A stretch of DNA of 40,085 bases from a virus (taxonomy: Duplodnaviria; Heunggongvirae; Uroviricota; Caudoviricetes), in the IMG/VR virus record IMGVR_UViG_3300015177_000009, positions 1 through 40,085 of that record; one strand, written 5' to 3'. This document shows positions 1 through 10,283 of this stretch, piece by piece. The position numbers and the translations under genes were made by a program. Numbering within the stretch: position 1 is the first letter of the stretch; every line of letters begins with the position of its first letter. The notes beneath the pieces were generated by a model. That model ran no database searches. It saw only the letters and a list, made by a program, of their open reading frames with translations, and was not told the DNA's origin.

Positions 1-1
1 A

Positions 2-709
2 TACGATCTAGCAGCCGGAAAGGCACCATCCAGTCATACACATCCCTGGAATCAGATCACTGGTGTGCCAACAGCTTCATTGACAGCGAAAGGCATCACT
101 CAGCTCAGTAGTGCCACTAACAGCACGTCTGAAGTGCTGGCTGCCACACCGAAAGCTGTCAAGGCTGCATATGACCTGGCTAATGGAAAGCAAGCGGCAG
201 ACGCTACGCTCACTGCTCTAGCGGCACTAGCTACCGCAGCAGATAAACTCCCTTATTTCACAGGGGTTGATCGTGCCGCGTTAACTGCACTGACAAGTGT
301 TGGACGTGCAATTCTTAGTAAGCCCAGTATTCAGAGCGTTCTTAATTACCTTGGCTTGGGAGAAGCGGCGAAAAGGGATGTGGGCACAGGAGATAATCAG
401 ATACCGGATATGGGAGCATTCGCTTCTGGTTCGGGATGGTTCAGGCTACCAGGTGGATATATTGTTCAGTTTGGCACTTTTTCAGGAAACACGACCCGCT
501 TTATCAGTGGACACTTCCCTATACCATTCCCTAATCAGCCGATGGTTTCAGTCAGTGTTATGTCTGATGCCGTTCAGTCAGCCCCGTCGAATCCTGCCTC
601 GCAGGTTTTGTCTGTAAATTTTGAACATATCAGTAATTCAGCGTGGCGTGTGGCAACCAGTGATATCTCACAGCAATACAGATTCAGTTATATTTCGATA
701 GGACGGTAG
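2..709 (+). CDS. S: Tail fibre protein, variable C-terminal part (5' end lies outside the window)
   Basis: Frame is open from position 2 (listed ORF 65..709 starts at an internal GTG). Translation has tail-fibre-like motifs (SHTHPWNQITGVP, AATPKAVKAAYDLANG). A tail-fibre assembly gene follows directly. Confidence 0.7.
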   Translation, partial: YDLAAGKAPSSHTHPWNQITGVPTASLTAKGITQLSSATNSTSEVLAATPKAVKAAYDLANGKQAADATLTALAALATAADKLPYFTGVDRAALTALTSVGRAILSKPSIQSVLNYLGLGEAAKRDVGTGDNQIPDMGAFASGSGWFRLPGGYIVQFGTFSGNTTRFISGHFPIPFPNQPMVSVSVMSDAVQSAPSNPASQVLSVNFEHISNSAWRVATSDISQQYRFSYISIGR

Positions 710-711
710 AA

Positions 712-1152
712 ATGCAGAAATATATTTTCAGTGCCGATAAAAATGCGTTTTTCCCTGTGGAGCTTAAAATCGCTTATCAGGAATCCGGCGAATGGCCCGA
801 TGATGGAATCGAAATTGACGACACTGTTGCCGCCGAATTTATGAAGGAAGCACCAGAAGGAAAATACAGAGGTGTCATCGACGGAATGCCAGCATGGATT
901 GATATTCCACCACCAACACATGAAGAACAGATTGCAGCAGCTGAATTGCAAAAGCAGCAATTGATTAATAAGGCCAACGCATACATAAACAGTAAGCAAT
1001 GGCCTGGTAAAGCAGCTATTGGTCGTCTGAAAGGTGAGGAACTGGCGCAATATAATTTGTGGCTGGATTATCTGGACGCACTGGAACTGGTCGATACTTC
1101 CGGTGCTCCAGATATTGAATGGCCTACGCCTCCGGCAGTTCAGGCCAGATGA
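712..1152 (+). CDS. U: Tail fibre assembly protein
   Basis: 146-aa ORF directly after the tail-fibre gene; C-terminal region resembles Tfa/U-family assembly chaperones; same layout as P1/Mu S-U. Confidence 0.75.
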   Translation: MQKYIFSADKNAFFPVELKIAYQESGEWPDDGIEIDDTVAAEFMKEAPEGKYRGVIDGMPAWIDIPPPTHEEQIAAAELQKQQLINKANAYINSKQWPGKAAIGRLKGEELAQYNLWLDYLDALELVDTSGAPDIEWPTPPAVQAR

Positions 1153-1726
1153 CATCCGGCGCGGTGCTGGTATCTGTTGCCGTCACCGCGTCAATGTAAT
1201 CCAGCACAGCGTTAAGTCTAGTTGTTTCTGCCTGCGTCAGTTTACGTCCGGACTGCAATTTCAGTTGAATCAGACTGATGGAAGCCATTGCAGTATCAAT
1301 CAGCGACTGGCGCTGTGCTTCTGCCGCTTCTACTGCGGCACTGTGTTGTGCCTCAGTATCTGTCACCCATTTCTCACCATCCCATTTATCATATGGCGTT
1401 AACGGGGCGATATTGGTTGTATTATCAGGGTAATCACCCGGAGAGGTGATTTCTTTTGATTCACCTGTTTCGGTGCTAAAGACGATTTCACCGCGATGGT
1501 CTGGCACATATTCCCATGAGTTAAAATCTGCAGATCGGCAGATTGCATAACCAGCTTTGTATGCGCCTGGAGCATCTAAACAGGAACATGCCGGAATGCC
1601 GACACCAACGGCAAGATATTCATTTGAAGTGGAAATATATTCCCGTGTTTCACCATCATAGTTATAAACGGTAACATCCCCTTCCTTTGTTGCAATGAGC
1701 TTACTATTTAATATTGCTTTATGCAT
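1124..1726 (-). CDS. Alternative tail fibre assembly protein (U'-like), inverted orientation
   Basis: 200-aa ORF convergent with U and overlapping its 3' end by 29 nt; C-terminal similarity to U (…APDVIWPELP versus …APDIEWPTPP). Confidence 0.7.
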   Translation of the reverse strand: MHKAILNSKLIATKEGDVTVYNYDGETREYISTSNEYLAVGVGIPACSCLDAPGAYKAGYAICRSADFNSWEYVPDHRGEIVFSTETGESKEITSPGDYPDNTTNIAPLTPYDKWDGEKWVTDTEAQHSAAVEAAEAQRQSLIDTAMASISLIQLKLQSGRKLTQAETTRLNAVLDYIDAVTATDTSTAPDVIWPELPEA

Positions 1727-2268
1727 CAGGCTGCCCTCACGATATAGTTAAATGCAATATTCCGTGGACGGGTTTCATTTATCCCATATGCTGTTGTTCT
1801 CTGATTCCCGACAAAATATCCATTTGGAATAAGAGCTACAGGATAATCATCAAAATCAAGTGGGCTATTAGCACCCGGCGTCAGGCTTGCAAGATAGTTT
1901 CTTCCCATAACTTCTGATGCTGGTATTTCATTTGTACGATAATCACTAACTCTGAAGAGCTGCCCTTGGTGGGTGTGTGATTCCACTCCTCCATTCTGAA
2001 GACTTAGCAAGGCACGTCCAGGATCAATGCCACGCCCATCATCCCAGCCACGAATAAACTCACCACGTAAATCTGGCAATTTATTGTTCGGGTAAGCCTT
2101 TGCCAGTTCCGGATACTCTTCGGCAGAAAAAGCCGCACCGTTGCATTTCAGCCAGCCTGTTGGCGGAGTGGCTGAAGGCCACGGAACAGGCACACCAACG
2201 GGTAACGCTGAGCCTTCTCCCAAACCAACGTTTAAGAAAATGCAGCGATTACGACTAACTGGCATCAT
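1726..2268 (-). CDS. Alternative tail fibre C-terminal segment (Sv'-like), promoterless in this orientation
   Basis: ORF abutting U'; contains an HTH-type tail-fibre box (ESHTHQGQ); a cix-like crossover site lies inside its 5' end, so it can only be expressed after inversion. Confidence 0.65.
   Translation of the reverse strand: MMPVSRNRCIFLNVGLGEGSALPVGVPVPWPSATPPTGWLKCNGAAFSAEEYPELAKAYPNNKLPDLRGEFIRGWDDGRGIDPGRALLSLQNGGVESHTHQGQLFRVSDYRTNEIPASEVMGRNYLASLTPGANSPLDFDDYPVALIPNGYFVGNQRTTAYGINETRPRNIAFNYIVRAA
2215..2240. other. Candidate cix crossover site for the Cin invertase
   Basis: TTCTCCCAAACCAACGTTTAAGAAAA: imperfect 12-bp inverted half-sites around a central dinucleotide, as in hix/gix/cix sites; sits about 55 bp upstream of cin. 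Confidence 0.55.
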
Positions 2269-2295
2269 CCCCGATTTTTATTCAAGGAGATGATC

Positions 2296-2868
2296 ATGCT
2301 TATTGGCTATGTACGCGTGTCAACAAATGACCAGAACACCGATTTGCAACGTAGTGCGCTGAACTGCGCGGGATGTGAGCGGATTTTTGAGGATAAAATC
2401 AGCGGCACTAAGTCCGACAGACCGGGGCTGAAAAAACTGCTCAGGACACTATCGGCAGGAGACACGCTGGTTGTCTGGAAGCTGGACAGGTTGGGGCGCA
2501 GTATGCGGCATCTTGTTACGCTGATAGAAGAGTTACGCCAGCGTGGTGTGAATTTCAGAAGCCTGACAGACAGTATTGACACATCAACACCCATGGGGCG
2601 TTTCTTTTTTCACGTCATGGGGGCTTTAGCAGAAATGGAACGTGAATTAATTGTTGAGAGAACACTGGCCGGACTGGCAGCTGCACGCGAACAGGGACGC
2701 ATTGGCGGACGTCGCCCGAAGTTGACAAAAGAACAACATGAGCAAATAGCGAGGTTGATCGAAAATGGCTACAGCAGGAAACAGTTGGCAATTATTTACG
2801 ATATCGGTGTATCGACGATTTATCGTTATCATCCTGTAGAGAAGCGCCAAACTCAATCTGAGCTGTAA
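2296..2868 (+). CDS. cin: Serine-recombinase DNA invertase (Cin/Gin/Hin family)
   Basis: N-terminal catalytic motif GYVRVSTNDQ, C-terminal HTH; AAGGAG ribosome-binding site 6 nt upstream of the ATG at 2296 (listed ORF starts 6 nt earlier at 2290). Confidence 0.9.
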   Translation: MLIGYVRVSTNDQNTDLQRSALNCAGCERIFEDKISGTKSDRPGLKKLLRTLSAGDTLVVWKLDRLGRSMRHLVTLIEELRQRGVNFRSLTDSIDTSTPMGRFFFHVMGALAEMERELIVERTLAGLAAAREQGRIGGRRPKLTKEQHEQIARLIENGYSRKQLAIIYDIGVSTIYRYHPVEKRQTQSEL

Positions 2869-3303
2869 TTCTAATGCCGCGTCGGTGTAATTTATCTTGA
2901 TAGAATAGGTACATTTATCGCGCGGCACATCAATTCGATGTATCTAGCGCCTGCTGACCGCTAATGAAAACTGTCCTCGAAATGTTGTCCCTAGCCCGAG
3001 ACTAGGGTATCACCTCTGGAAAGCATACGCAGAACCTTTTTTAACCCAGGGTGCCCAGCCTTTTTGCTGCTCGCCTTATTCGCAAAAATTAGCTCACATC
3101 CTGCGCTTTCAAGTGCTTTTCACTGCATAGCTGTGTTTTGTTCATTTGTCTATATGCGTACATAGCCTATTAGCATATTTTCTGCCCACTATCGTTATTT
3201 ATTGCAAGCTACAGGTTTTAATTAACAAAACCAGTGTGTGTGGAAATCACAAAGTGCATACCGTTCTCAGATGTTGTTCAACTTACTGTTGTATAGGTAA
3301 AAA

Positions 3304-3567
3304 ATGACATTTTATGTACATATCGTGATGTTATCCCTTCTTGGTGGGGTGTATTCGTATTTGAGTGGGCTATGTGAAAACCGTTACGAGTCTTCATGCA
3401 AGAAATTGCTGGCCGAATGTATTTCCGCCGTACTTGCTGGCTTTATTGGCATGTATCTCGCGGAATATAAGGATATGAATGAAAGCCTTCAGAGCTGCAT
3501 GGTTCTTATTTTCAGCGCCAATAGCAGGCTTATTATTGAAGGTTCCAAAAGTCGGTTGAATAGGTAA
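3304..3567 (+). CDS. Small membrane protein, two predicted transmembrane helices (LydC position)
   Basis: 87-aa ORF with two hydrophobic stretches; lies between cin and the holin gene as in P1. Confidence 0.45.
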   Translation: MTFYVHIVMLSLLGGVYSYLSGLCENRYESSCKKLLAECISAVLAGFIGMYLAEYKDMNESLQSCMVLIFSANSRLIIEGSKSRLNR

Positions 3568-3641
3568 GTCTCTTATGCAACATAACCGGTTGAGAAGTTA
3601 CTTTGCATACCATTACCTCCTGACAACGTAGGAGGGAACTT

Positions 3642-3971
3642 GTGCTTGACACACAGGAATTAGCTCCAGTTGCTATTGCGCTCCTGCTTTCAGTAATTGG
3701 TGGGATAGGCACGTTCCTGATGGATGTCCGAGACGGTCGCCAGTCTGGCAATTTGTTGGGATTGGTTACGGAGATCTTTGTTGCAGTGACAGCTGGCGCG
3801 GTGGCGTACCTATTGGGGCAACACGAGGGCTGGGAGTTATCCATTACGTACTTAATGGTAACGATAGCCAGCAATAACGGTCATGAGGTGATTTCAGGGA
3901 TGAAACGAGTGAATATCGATAGCATTCTGAATGTTCTTACAAGTTTGGTGAAAAAGGGAGGCGGGAAATGA
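3642..3971 (+). CDS. lydA: Holin (LydA-like)
   Basis: 109-aa protein with three hydrophobic helices; GTG start preceded by GGAGGG; position matches P1 lydA. Confidence 0.65.
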   Translation: MLDTQELAPVAIALLLSVIGGIGTFLMDVRDGRQSGNLLGLVTEIFVAVTAGAVAYLLGQHEGWELSITYLMVTIASNNGHEVISGMKRVNIDSILNVLTSLVKKGGGK

Positions 3972-4411
3972 TTGGCTGGGGTGTATGCGTTCTTGCGTTA
4001 GCCTTAGCCGATCGCTATTTGCTAAAACGCAAGGACATCACGCATTTAGAACTTGGTGATGTGGAAATTAAACCGGGTTTCATCCGGGTGCCGTTCAAAT
4101 ACCGGTCTAAATTCCCGTTTTTGCGCGGCGCAACGGTCAGATATTGGATCCGCGATGTTCAGAAGCCGACGACAGTGATTGAAGGCGAACAACGTTGTTT
4201 GACGTCGGCTGAACAGGGCGAAAACAGTGAATGGTTGTACATACCCACTGAATATATGGGTAAAGGAGAGCGACTGTGGCATTTCAGCGTCATGGTTACG
4301 CATGGCGACTCGTTCATTAACCCGTTGTATCGGATTTTCCCTGTTACTCAGCAAATCCGCAGAAGTTACGTAATAAATCTCGCACAGGATGTGTCAGATG
4401 ACGAAAAATAA
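3968..4411 (+). CDS. lydB: Lysis-timing protein (LydB-like)
   Basis: 147-aa ORF overlapping the lydA stop by 4 nt (translational coupling); position matches P1 lydB. Confidence 0.6.
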   Translation: MIGWGVCVLALALADRYLLKRKDITHLELGDVEIKPGFIRVPFKYRSKFPFLRGATVRYWIRDVQKPTTVIEGEQRCLTSAEQGENSEWLYIPTEYMGKGERLWHFSVMVTHGDSFINPLYRIFPVTQQIRRSYVINLAQDVSDDEK

Positions 4412-5000
4412 GTATGCAACGGTCGATTTTGACCAGGTTAATGAAAAGGGGCTGAAATCCCTTATCGCGGCGATCAATAAAACCGGTGTTACGGTAATTG
4501 AGGTTGACTCCAGCAACCGCGCAACAACGAAAGATGGCGTTAAAGTTAAAACCGCAAAGCTGGTTCTTAACGACGGACAAATTCTTGCCATACAGGTAAA
4601 CGATACTGGCGATATATCGTCTGTGAGGCTGAATGGAAAAGCTATTCCTAACGCTCAGTCGCCGGATATCAAGACGCTTGGTACCGTCATGGGGCAAGCG
4701 GCCCGCAAAAACTCCGCAAAATTCCAGAAATCACTGATCGCCAAAGCGAAACGTGTTGCCAATCCGGTAGACAAGAAACCGGCAGTAAAATCCAACTTTC
4801 AGCGCCTGCAAGAGGCAAAACAGCGGAATGCTCAGGTGGTTGCCGCTTATAAATCAGCGCAGAACTCGGTGTCTTTCAATCAACAGCAGATCACTGATTT
4901 GCGGGCGAAGCTGGATAAGGAGACAGGCCGACTCAATAACGAAAAGGCCCGAAATGGCGAACTCAAACGCCGTCTTAAGCAACTGAAAGCAGGAAATTAA
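4398..5000 (+). CDS. hdf: Hdf (homologue of a DarA fragment), Dar antirestriction/head morphogenesis operon
   Basis: Shares a KNSAKFQ-containing segment with the downstream DarA; likely start at the ATG at 4398 (listed ORF starts at 4389). Confidence 0.65.
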   Translation: MTKNKYATVDFDQVNEKGLKSLIAAINKTGVTVIEVDSSNRATTKDGVKVKTAKLVLNDGQILAIQVNDTGDISSVRLNGKAIPNAQSPDIKTLGTVMGQAARKNSAKFQKSLIAKAKRVANPVDKKPAVKSNFQRLQEAKQRNAQVVAAYKSAQNSVSFNQQQITDLRAKLDKETGRLNNEKARNGELKRRLKQLKAGN

Positions 5001-5001
5001 C

Positions 5002-6921
5002 ATGGAACAGTTCAATATCAATAAAGGGGTGACGATCAAGCCTGGGCTTGACGTGCTTCCCCCGCCAGTGACTGATGATGAATATCGCGCATTAATGGCC
5101 GGTGAGGACCGCTATCTGATGACGGAATCCAACACCCTGGAAGAAATCGAGGCTACGTTCTTCTATGCCACGCCGATCCACTGGTGTGCTACGGATTTAC
5201 TGGAGGCGATTAGTTCTACTCGTTTGCAGCTACACCGGACCATGCAGGCATTTGTCCGGGCATTGAACCAGAAGCTGAATGGTACCGGAATCTCTGCGGG
5301 GAGTGATAAAACGGGGGATGTGGCCCAGAACGGTGCACGCGCGATCGGCGGGGCTGAAATTGGCCGGGCACGTAACGTTAACGGGCTGCCGGTTCTGCCA
5401 GCCATTATTCCGCTCAGTGATGGTCAGACTATCAGCATTCTGTTTCATAGCCCGACAGCGGAAAACCGGATCACCAATAGCGATACGCTGATTGCTTTCC
5501 AGTTCTTACTGAATAAAAAAGACGTTACTCATACCGTTGCTCCGATGAGTGGACGTGATATGACGCTGGCGCAGGTCACCATGAAACTTGCCAACCTTGC
5601 AGAGAAAAACTCGGCAAAATTCCAGCGTGCGCAGAAGAAGAAAAAAGCCCTGGTTGATGAAATAACCCAACTACAGGCTGACAGTGACCAGAAAGAGGAT
5701 GCCATGAGCGACCTCGCGGATCAGGTGGCAGCGGTAGAAGGGCAGAAGGTAGATCTGGAGCAGAAAATTAACGCTGTTGCATCGGAAGCGGATTCTCTTT
5801 ATGAAGAGAATGAGCGTTTGCAGACGGAGATTGATCAGCTCAATCGCACAGGTGGGCGCGATACCATTGATCCAGCGGGGATGACTGGTGGGCACTCGCG
5901 CGCGCTGACGGATCGCCTTGCCAGTATCAAAAATCGTATGCATATGAACGGGGAAGTGACGCTCAGTAATGGAGCATCAATGAAGCAATTCATTGAGGAT
6001 GGCGAAGGGTATATCCAGTTAACCGATCCGGATGGCAGCGTATACATGATCAAGGCTAAATCCATACAGGGTGTGGACATGGCAGATGCGATCGGCAAGC
6101 TGTTTAAAGCCTATAAAGCGGGTAATGTATCGGAATATCTGGTCCAACCAGAAGAACATAAACCGGAAAACGTCGAACCTGAACCAGCGGAGGATACCGG
6201 TAGCTCTTCGCCTGAACCAGAAGTCTCTGTAGGTGCATATCGATATGCCCTGCAAATGCGTCCGGCGGCCCCTGGCGCAATACCTGAAGGTAACAAAGCG
6301 ATTCTGCCGCGCCCTGATGAAGGTGACTCGTATTATGAATATGCACGCTACGGCATTGCTACTTACGATACCCCGCTTTCTGATCAGCAAATGAGTGAGT
6401 ACGACCTGAAGTTATTGCCTCGCGAGGATTCTTTCGACTTCCTGGCGAAGACACTTACTAATGGTCCGTTTGGCAAATATGCACAAAAAGCTCTGGAGCT
6501 GGCCACCAGCTCACCAGACGAGTTCCGCGTAATGCTGAAAACTCAGTTTCAAAAAACTTTCCCCAATATTGTGTTTCCGGGTGGCGCTGGCACCGAGAAA
6601 ATGGTGCAGAGCATGATCAATGCATTGCAGACCGAAGTTGGTGAGATTACTCAGCCAGAACCGGCCCCGGCACAGCCTGATGAAACGGTTAGCGAAGCAG
6701 ATGCAGAGGCTAATAAAGCCATTGAATATCTCAATAACATGATGGATATGCAAAGCACTGACATGGCGGAGATCCGTAACGCCCGGGGCAATGTCCGGGA
6801 AGCGATTGCAGCCCTTCAGGCTGCCGGACGTTTTGAGGAAAACGAAGAGCTGGTTAACGGCGCAGCTCGCCACCTGGCTGATCTGTTGGTAGCAATCCAG
6901 AAAGCGGGGGTAGCGGCATGA
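5002..6921 (+). CDS. darA: DarA antirestriction / internal head protein
   Basis: 639-aa ORF with AGGAAA ribosome-binding site; coiled-coil and acidic regions; size and position match P1 DarA. Confidence 0.8.
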   Translation: MEQFNINKGVTIKPGLDVLPPPVTDDEYRALMAGEDRYLMTESNTLEEIEATFFYATPIHWCATDLLEAISSTRLQLHRTMQAFVRALNQKLNGTGISAGSDKTGDVAQNGARAIGGAEIGRARNVNGLPVLPAIIPLSDGQTISILFHSPTAENRITNSDTLIAFQFLLNKKDVTHTVAPMSGRDMTLAQVTMKLANLAEKNSAKFQRAQKKKKALVDEITQLQADSDQKEDAMSDLADQVAAVEGQKVDLEQKINAVASEADSLYEENERLQTEIDQLNRTGGRDTIDPAGMTGGHSRALTDRLASIKNRMHMNGEVTLSNGASMKQFIEDGEGYIQLTDPDGSVYMIKAKSIQGVDMADAIGKLFKAYKAGNVSEYLVQPEEHKPENVEPEPAEDTGSSSPEPEVSVGAYRYALQMRPAAPGAIPEGNKAILPRPDEGDSYYEYARYGIATYDTPLSDQQMSEYDLKLLPREDSFDFLAKTLTNGPFGKYAQKALELATSSPDEFRVMLKTQFQKTFPNIVFPGGAGTEKMVQSMINALQTEVGEITQPEPAPAQPDETVSEADAEANKAIEYLNNMMDMQSTDMAEIRNARGNVREAIAALQAAGRFEENEELVNGAARHLADLLVAIQKAGVAA

Positions 6922-7283
6922 CACTATCAGCTATTGAGTTAATGGATCTCAGCGATAAGTTGGATGCTCTGATGTCCAAAGCGGCTACCGCGAGTGGCAT
7001 GGAGTTGCTGGATATCAGCGATGAAATTGACCAGATCATGCAACAGATGGGGTACGGTGTGTCCGGCGGCAGTAGTGGCGAGGAAAAACAACCTTCGGTA
7101 CATGATGGTGTGCCAAAACTGGTTGCTGATTTCCTGGCTGATAAATTCGTCGATCAGAGCACCGATGCATTTATCGGTACGTTGCAGGACTTGAGTCAAT
7201 ATGTTGGCACATACATCGATCTGGACCAGGTTAAACAGCACACGGCGGCATGGATAGCCGCCAACTTTAAAGAGGCAGAGTAA
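6918..7283 (+). CDS. ddrA: DdrA (Dar operon)
   Basis: 121-aa ORF; ATGA start/stop overlap with darA; position as in the P1 darA operon. Confidence 0.7.
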   Translation: MTLSAIELMDLSDKLDALMSKAATASGMELLDISDEIDQIMQQMGYGVSGGSSGEEKQPSVHDGVPKLVADFLADKFVDQSTDAFIGTLQDLSQYVGTYIDLDQVKQHTAAWIAANFKEAE

Positions 7284-7295
7284 GGCGTAACAGGG

Positions 7296-10283
7296 ATGAG
7301 CTTAAGCGATCAGGTGGTAATGGCCACCAGCATAGAAACGCTGATCGAGCTGCTAAAAAACCTGCCCAATTACGGGCGGGTTTCGTATGTGGTGACAGCG
7401 AAGGGAGACGAGGTAAAAACAGCGTTTGATATCGTCGATGCCTCAGCTCTTTTGGTATCCAATACTCTGGACGGGAAAATTAACCCTGACTATCCCCAGG
7501 AACTTCAGCCGCGCGACCGGACCCGCGCATCCAGTCTTCTTCAGGTCAACCAGATATCCAAGGATTTGCGTCCTGCCCAGCTTACCGATTCCGGTTTATC
7601 CAGCCATGGCGCGCCGATAATTGGTGAGGACAATGCCGTTGAGTCAGGTAATGGACGGACCATGGGGATCATCAAAGCCTATCAGGACGGCAATGCGGAT
7701 CGGTATCGTGAGTACCTGATTGATCATGCGACCGAATTCGGCATACGACCTGAAAAGGTTGAATCAATGGCGGCTCCGGTACTGGTGCGCCGCCGGTTAA
7801 CTAAGGTTGACCGCGTTCAGTTTGCCAAGGACTCAAATATTTCTGATCTTCAGGAAATGGCAGCCAGTGAAAAGGCTTTTGTTGATGCCGACAGCATAAC
7901 ACTGGCGATGATGGCGCTGTTTAATCCGTCAGAAAGCGGAGATCTGCTTAGCCGCAGTAATGACGCGTTTATTCGCGGATTTATGACGCAAGTTGGTGCC
8001 ACACAGGCTGCTGGCCTTGTAACGGAAGATGGGCGACCAACACGGCAACTTGTAGACCGTATACAAAACGCGATCTTTGCCAAGGCATATAAGGATGCGC
8101 GCCTGGTAAGGATGGTTGCAGAAGAACCTGATCCGGATATGCGTAATGTTCTGACGGCGCTTAATGCGGCAGCCAATGATTTTGTCCAGATGCAGGCTTT
8201 GTCAGGAGAAGCGCATAAGCAGGCTGTGACAACTATTGTTGATGGCATTGAGACAGCGGATAGCCTCGATAAAAAGGCGCTGGCGGCATTGAAAGATGCG
8301 GTAGACCTGGTAAGGCAATCGAAGGAGTCAGGCCAGCATATTACCGATGTTATTGCTCAGGGGGATATGTTCAGCGAAACGGCCCCGGAAGTGAAAGCAC
8401 TCGCGTTGTTCATCGTCGCGAATAACCGTAGCGCGAAGCGTATGGCCACCGCCTTTAAGTTGATGGCTCAACGTATCAATGATGAGTTACAGCACCAGGG
8501 CCAGGCGCTGGGGGATATGTTTGGCGGCGGCGATGTGTCGTTACAGGATATCCTTCGCCAGGTGTCTCAGGAACTGGAAAACGAAGGCATGCAAGGGATA
8601 TCCGGCGGTCTTTTCGAGTCCGTTTCCGGCGGTAGTTACAACGGTGTTGCTCCGTATACCAGTTTGCTATTACATCGGGCATCCGGCATCAAAGACATTA
8701 TTCATCTGATCAGGCTGCTTTCCCGCACAGATCCCCAGGATGAACAGCTTGTACAAGTGCTTGCGTATTTTGTTCGAATGCCTGTTGCCGACGTGAAAAA
8801 ATGGTGCCGATTATTCGGTATCAGCAATTCGTTACTTCGCGGCTTGTTAAATCACGCATCCTCCCTTGGGCGCGATGGCTTTGACGAGATAGCGCAGGCG
8901 ATAAAAAACGGAGATATGCCACCAGCTATTGACTGGTTTTCCATTCGCCCAACCAGGGTGAAAGCATTCCTTAGCGCGGCGCATTCGGCATCACCATTGG
9001 CAGAAATGGTTCAGAGGTTGTCGCTCATATTCACAGACCATACCGCGTTGGGTGATCTGACTCTGGACGAGATGAAAGAAGCCTCCATTCAGTGGGCCGA
9101 TCAACAAAATGAGGTTAACTCAGACTTCTTGCCAGCATTCAGGAAGGCCGTTAGTAAAGCGGATGATGCCCGTGGAATTCTGAAGGCATTTAAGGCATTG
9201 CAAAGTCGTGTTAATAAACATGTCGGTGATATCGATGGGGTAACGGCGGAAGGCCGGGATATCCTTAAAGAGCACGGCATAACGCCAGAGTTTATTGATG
9301 AGATCAGGACTGATATGCAGCGTGAGGTCGTATCGTCCCTGCAAATCGTAGCCAGAGCGTTGGCAGATGCTAATCCGAAGAGTGCGGCCATTGTTAACCG
9401 GGTTATTGGTGATATTGAAGCATCGGAGGGCATGGGGGCGCTGAAACTCTTCCTTTCGCGAGCGTTTAATCCTAACGGCAATATTCTCCCTGGCATTATT
9501 GGTGAGGCTAAAAAGTATGTCAGTGAAGAAGAACTTGAGCAGCTTGACCAACTACTTAAGCGATTCTCATATAACCCGCAGATACGCTGGCAAATGAATC
9601 AGCGAAGTATGGGTTCGGTCCACGAGAAAGTGTTATCTGCCATGAACAGTGCGATCGCAAACTCATCCGTATCTGAAGAAAAAGCTCTTGAGTGGGCCGA
9701 CTCTTTTATCACAGAAGAAGTGGAAGAAGCCCGCGCTGGACAGAATGGTGGGATAGACCTGCGCAAGGAACTTGCTGATATTTATCGCCTGACTGGCGGG
9801 AAAATATCGACCTTATCAAAGGTAGTTCACCACCAGGGAAGGGCATATGCAAATCTAAATGGTGTTGTTGCTGTCAATTTGAACGATGAAAATGCAAGTG
9901 CACTGTGGCACGAGCTGGGTCATCATCTTGAGTACAGTAACCCTGGTTTGTTAGAGAAAGCCCGGTCATTCCTGAAGGCCAATGTTGAAGGGGATAAGCC
10001 ATCTTTCGTCAATATCGGTGGGCGTGGCAAGCCTGAATGGTGCTTCAGATCTCGATTGAGTAATATTTATATGGCGAAGGTATACCCGCCAGCCTCAGTA
10101 AGTAACACCGGGAAAATTCGGCAGAAATCACCGACTATTTCCAAAACGTCAGCAACGGAAGTATTCTCTATGGCTCTTCAGTTGTATCATGACAAAGAGG
10201 CCGCTGCCGCATCACTGATGAATGGTGACGGATTGCTGGAACTGTTATTAGGTGTGGCAAAGGAGCTAAATAATGCAGATTAA
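7296..10283 (+). CDS. ddrB: DdrB (Dar operon large protein)
   Basis: 995-aa ORF directly after ddrA; position and size consistent with P1 DdrB. Confidence 0.75.
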   Translation: MSLSDQVVMATSIETLIELLKNLPNYGRVSYVVTAKGDEVKTAFDIVDASALLVSNTLDGKINPDYPQELQPRDRTRASSLLQVNQISKDLRPAQLTDSGLSSHGAPIIGEDNAVESGNGRTMGIIKAYQDGNADRYREYLIDHATEFGIRPEKVESMAAPVLVRRRLTKVDRVQFAKDSNISDLQEMAASEKAFVDADSITLAMMALFNPSESGDLLSRSNDAFIRGFMTQVGATQAAGLVTEDGRPTRQLVDRIQNAIFAKAYKDARLVRMVAEEPDPDMRNVLTALNAAANDFVQMQALSGEAHKQAVTTIVDGIETADSLDKKALAALKDAVDLVRQSKESGQHITDVIAQGDMFSETAPEVKALALFIVANNRSAKRMATAFKLMAQRINDELQHQGQALGDMFGGGDVSLQDILRQVSQELENEGMQGISGGLFESVSGGSYNGVAPYTSLLLHRASGIKDIIHLIRLLSRTDPQDEQLVQVLAYFVRMPVADVKKWCRLFGISNSLLRGLLNHASSLGRDGFDEIAQAIKNGDMPPAIDWFSIRPTRVKAFLSAAHSASPLAEMVQRLSLIFTDHTALGDLTLDEMKEASIQWADQQNEVNSDFLPAFRKAVSKADDARGILKAFKALQSRVNKHVGDIDGVTAEGRDILKEHGITPEFIDEIRTDMQREVVSSLQIVARALADANPKSAAIVNRVIGDIEASEGMGALKLFLSRAFNPNGNILPGIIGEAKKYVSEEELEQLDQLLKRFSYNPQIRWQMNQRSMGSVHEKVLSAMNSAIANSSVSEEKALEWADSFITEEVEEARAGQNGGIDLRKELADIYRLTGGKISTLSKVVHHQGRAYANLNGVVAVNLNDENASALWHELGHHLEYSNPGLLEKARSFLKANVEGDKPSFVNIGGRGKPEWCFRSRLSNIYMAKVYPPASVSNTGKIRQKSPTISKTSATEVFSMALQLYHDKEAAAASLMNGDGLLELLLGVAKELNNAD

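Noticed and set aside
297-617. 106-aa + strand ORF overlapping the tail-fibre gene in another frame
   Set aside because: Embedded in the tail-fibre coding frame, which has clear conserved motifs; alternate-frame artefact.
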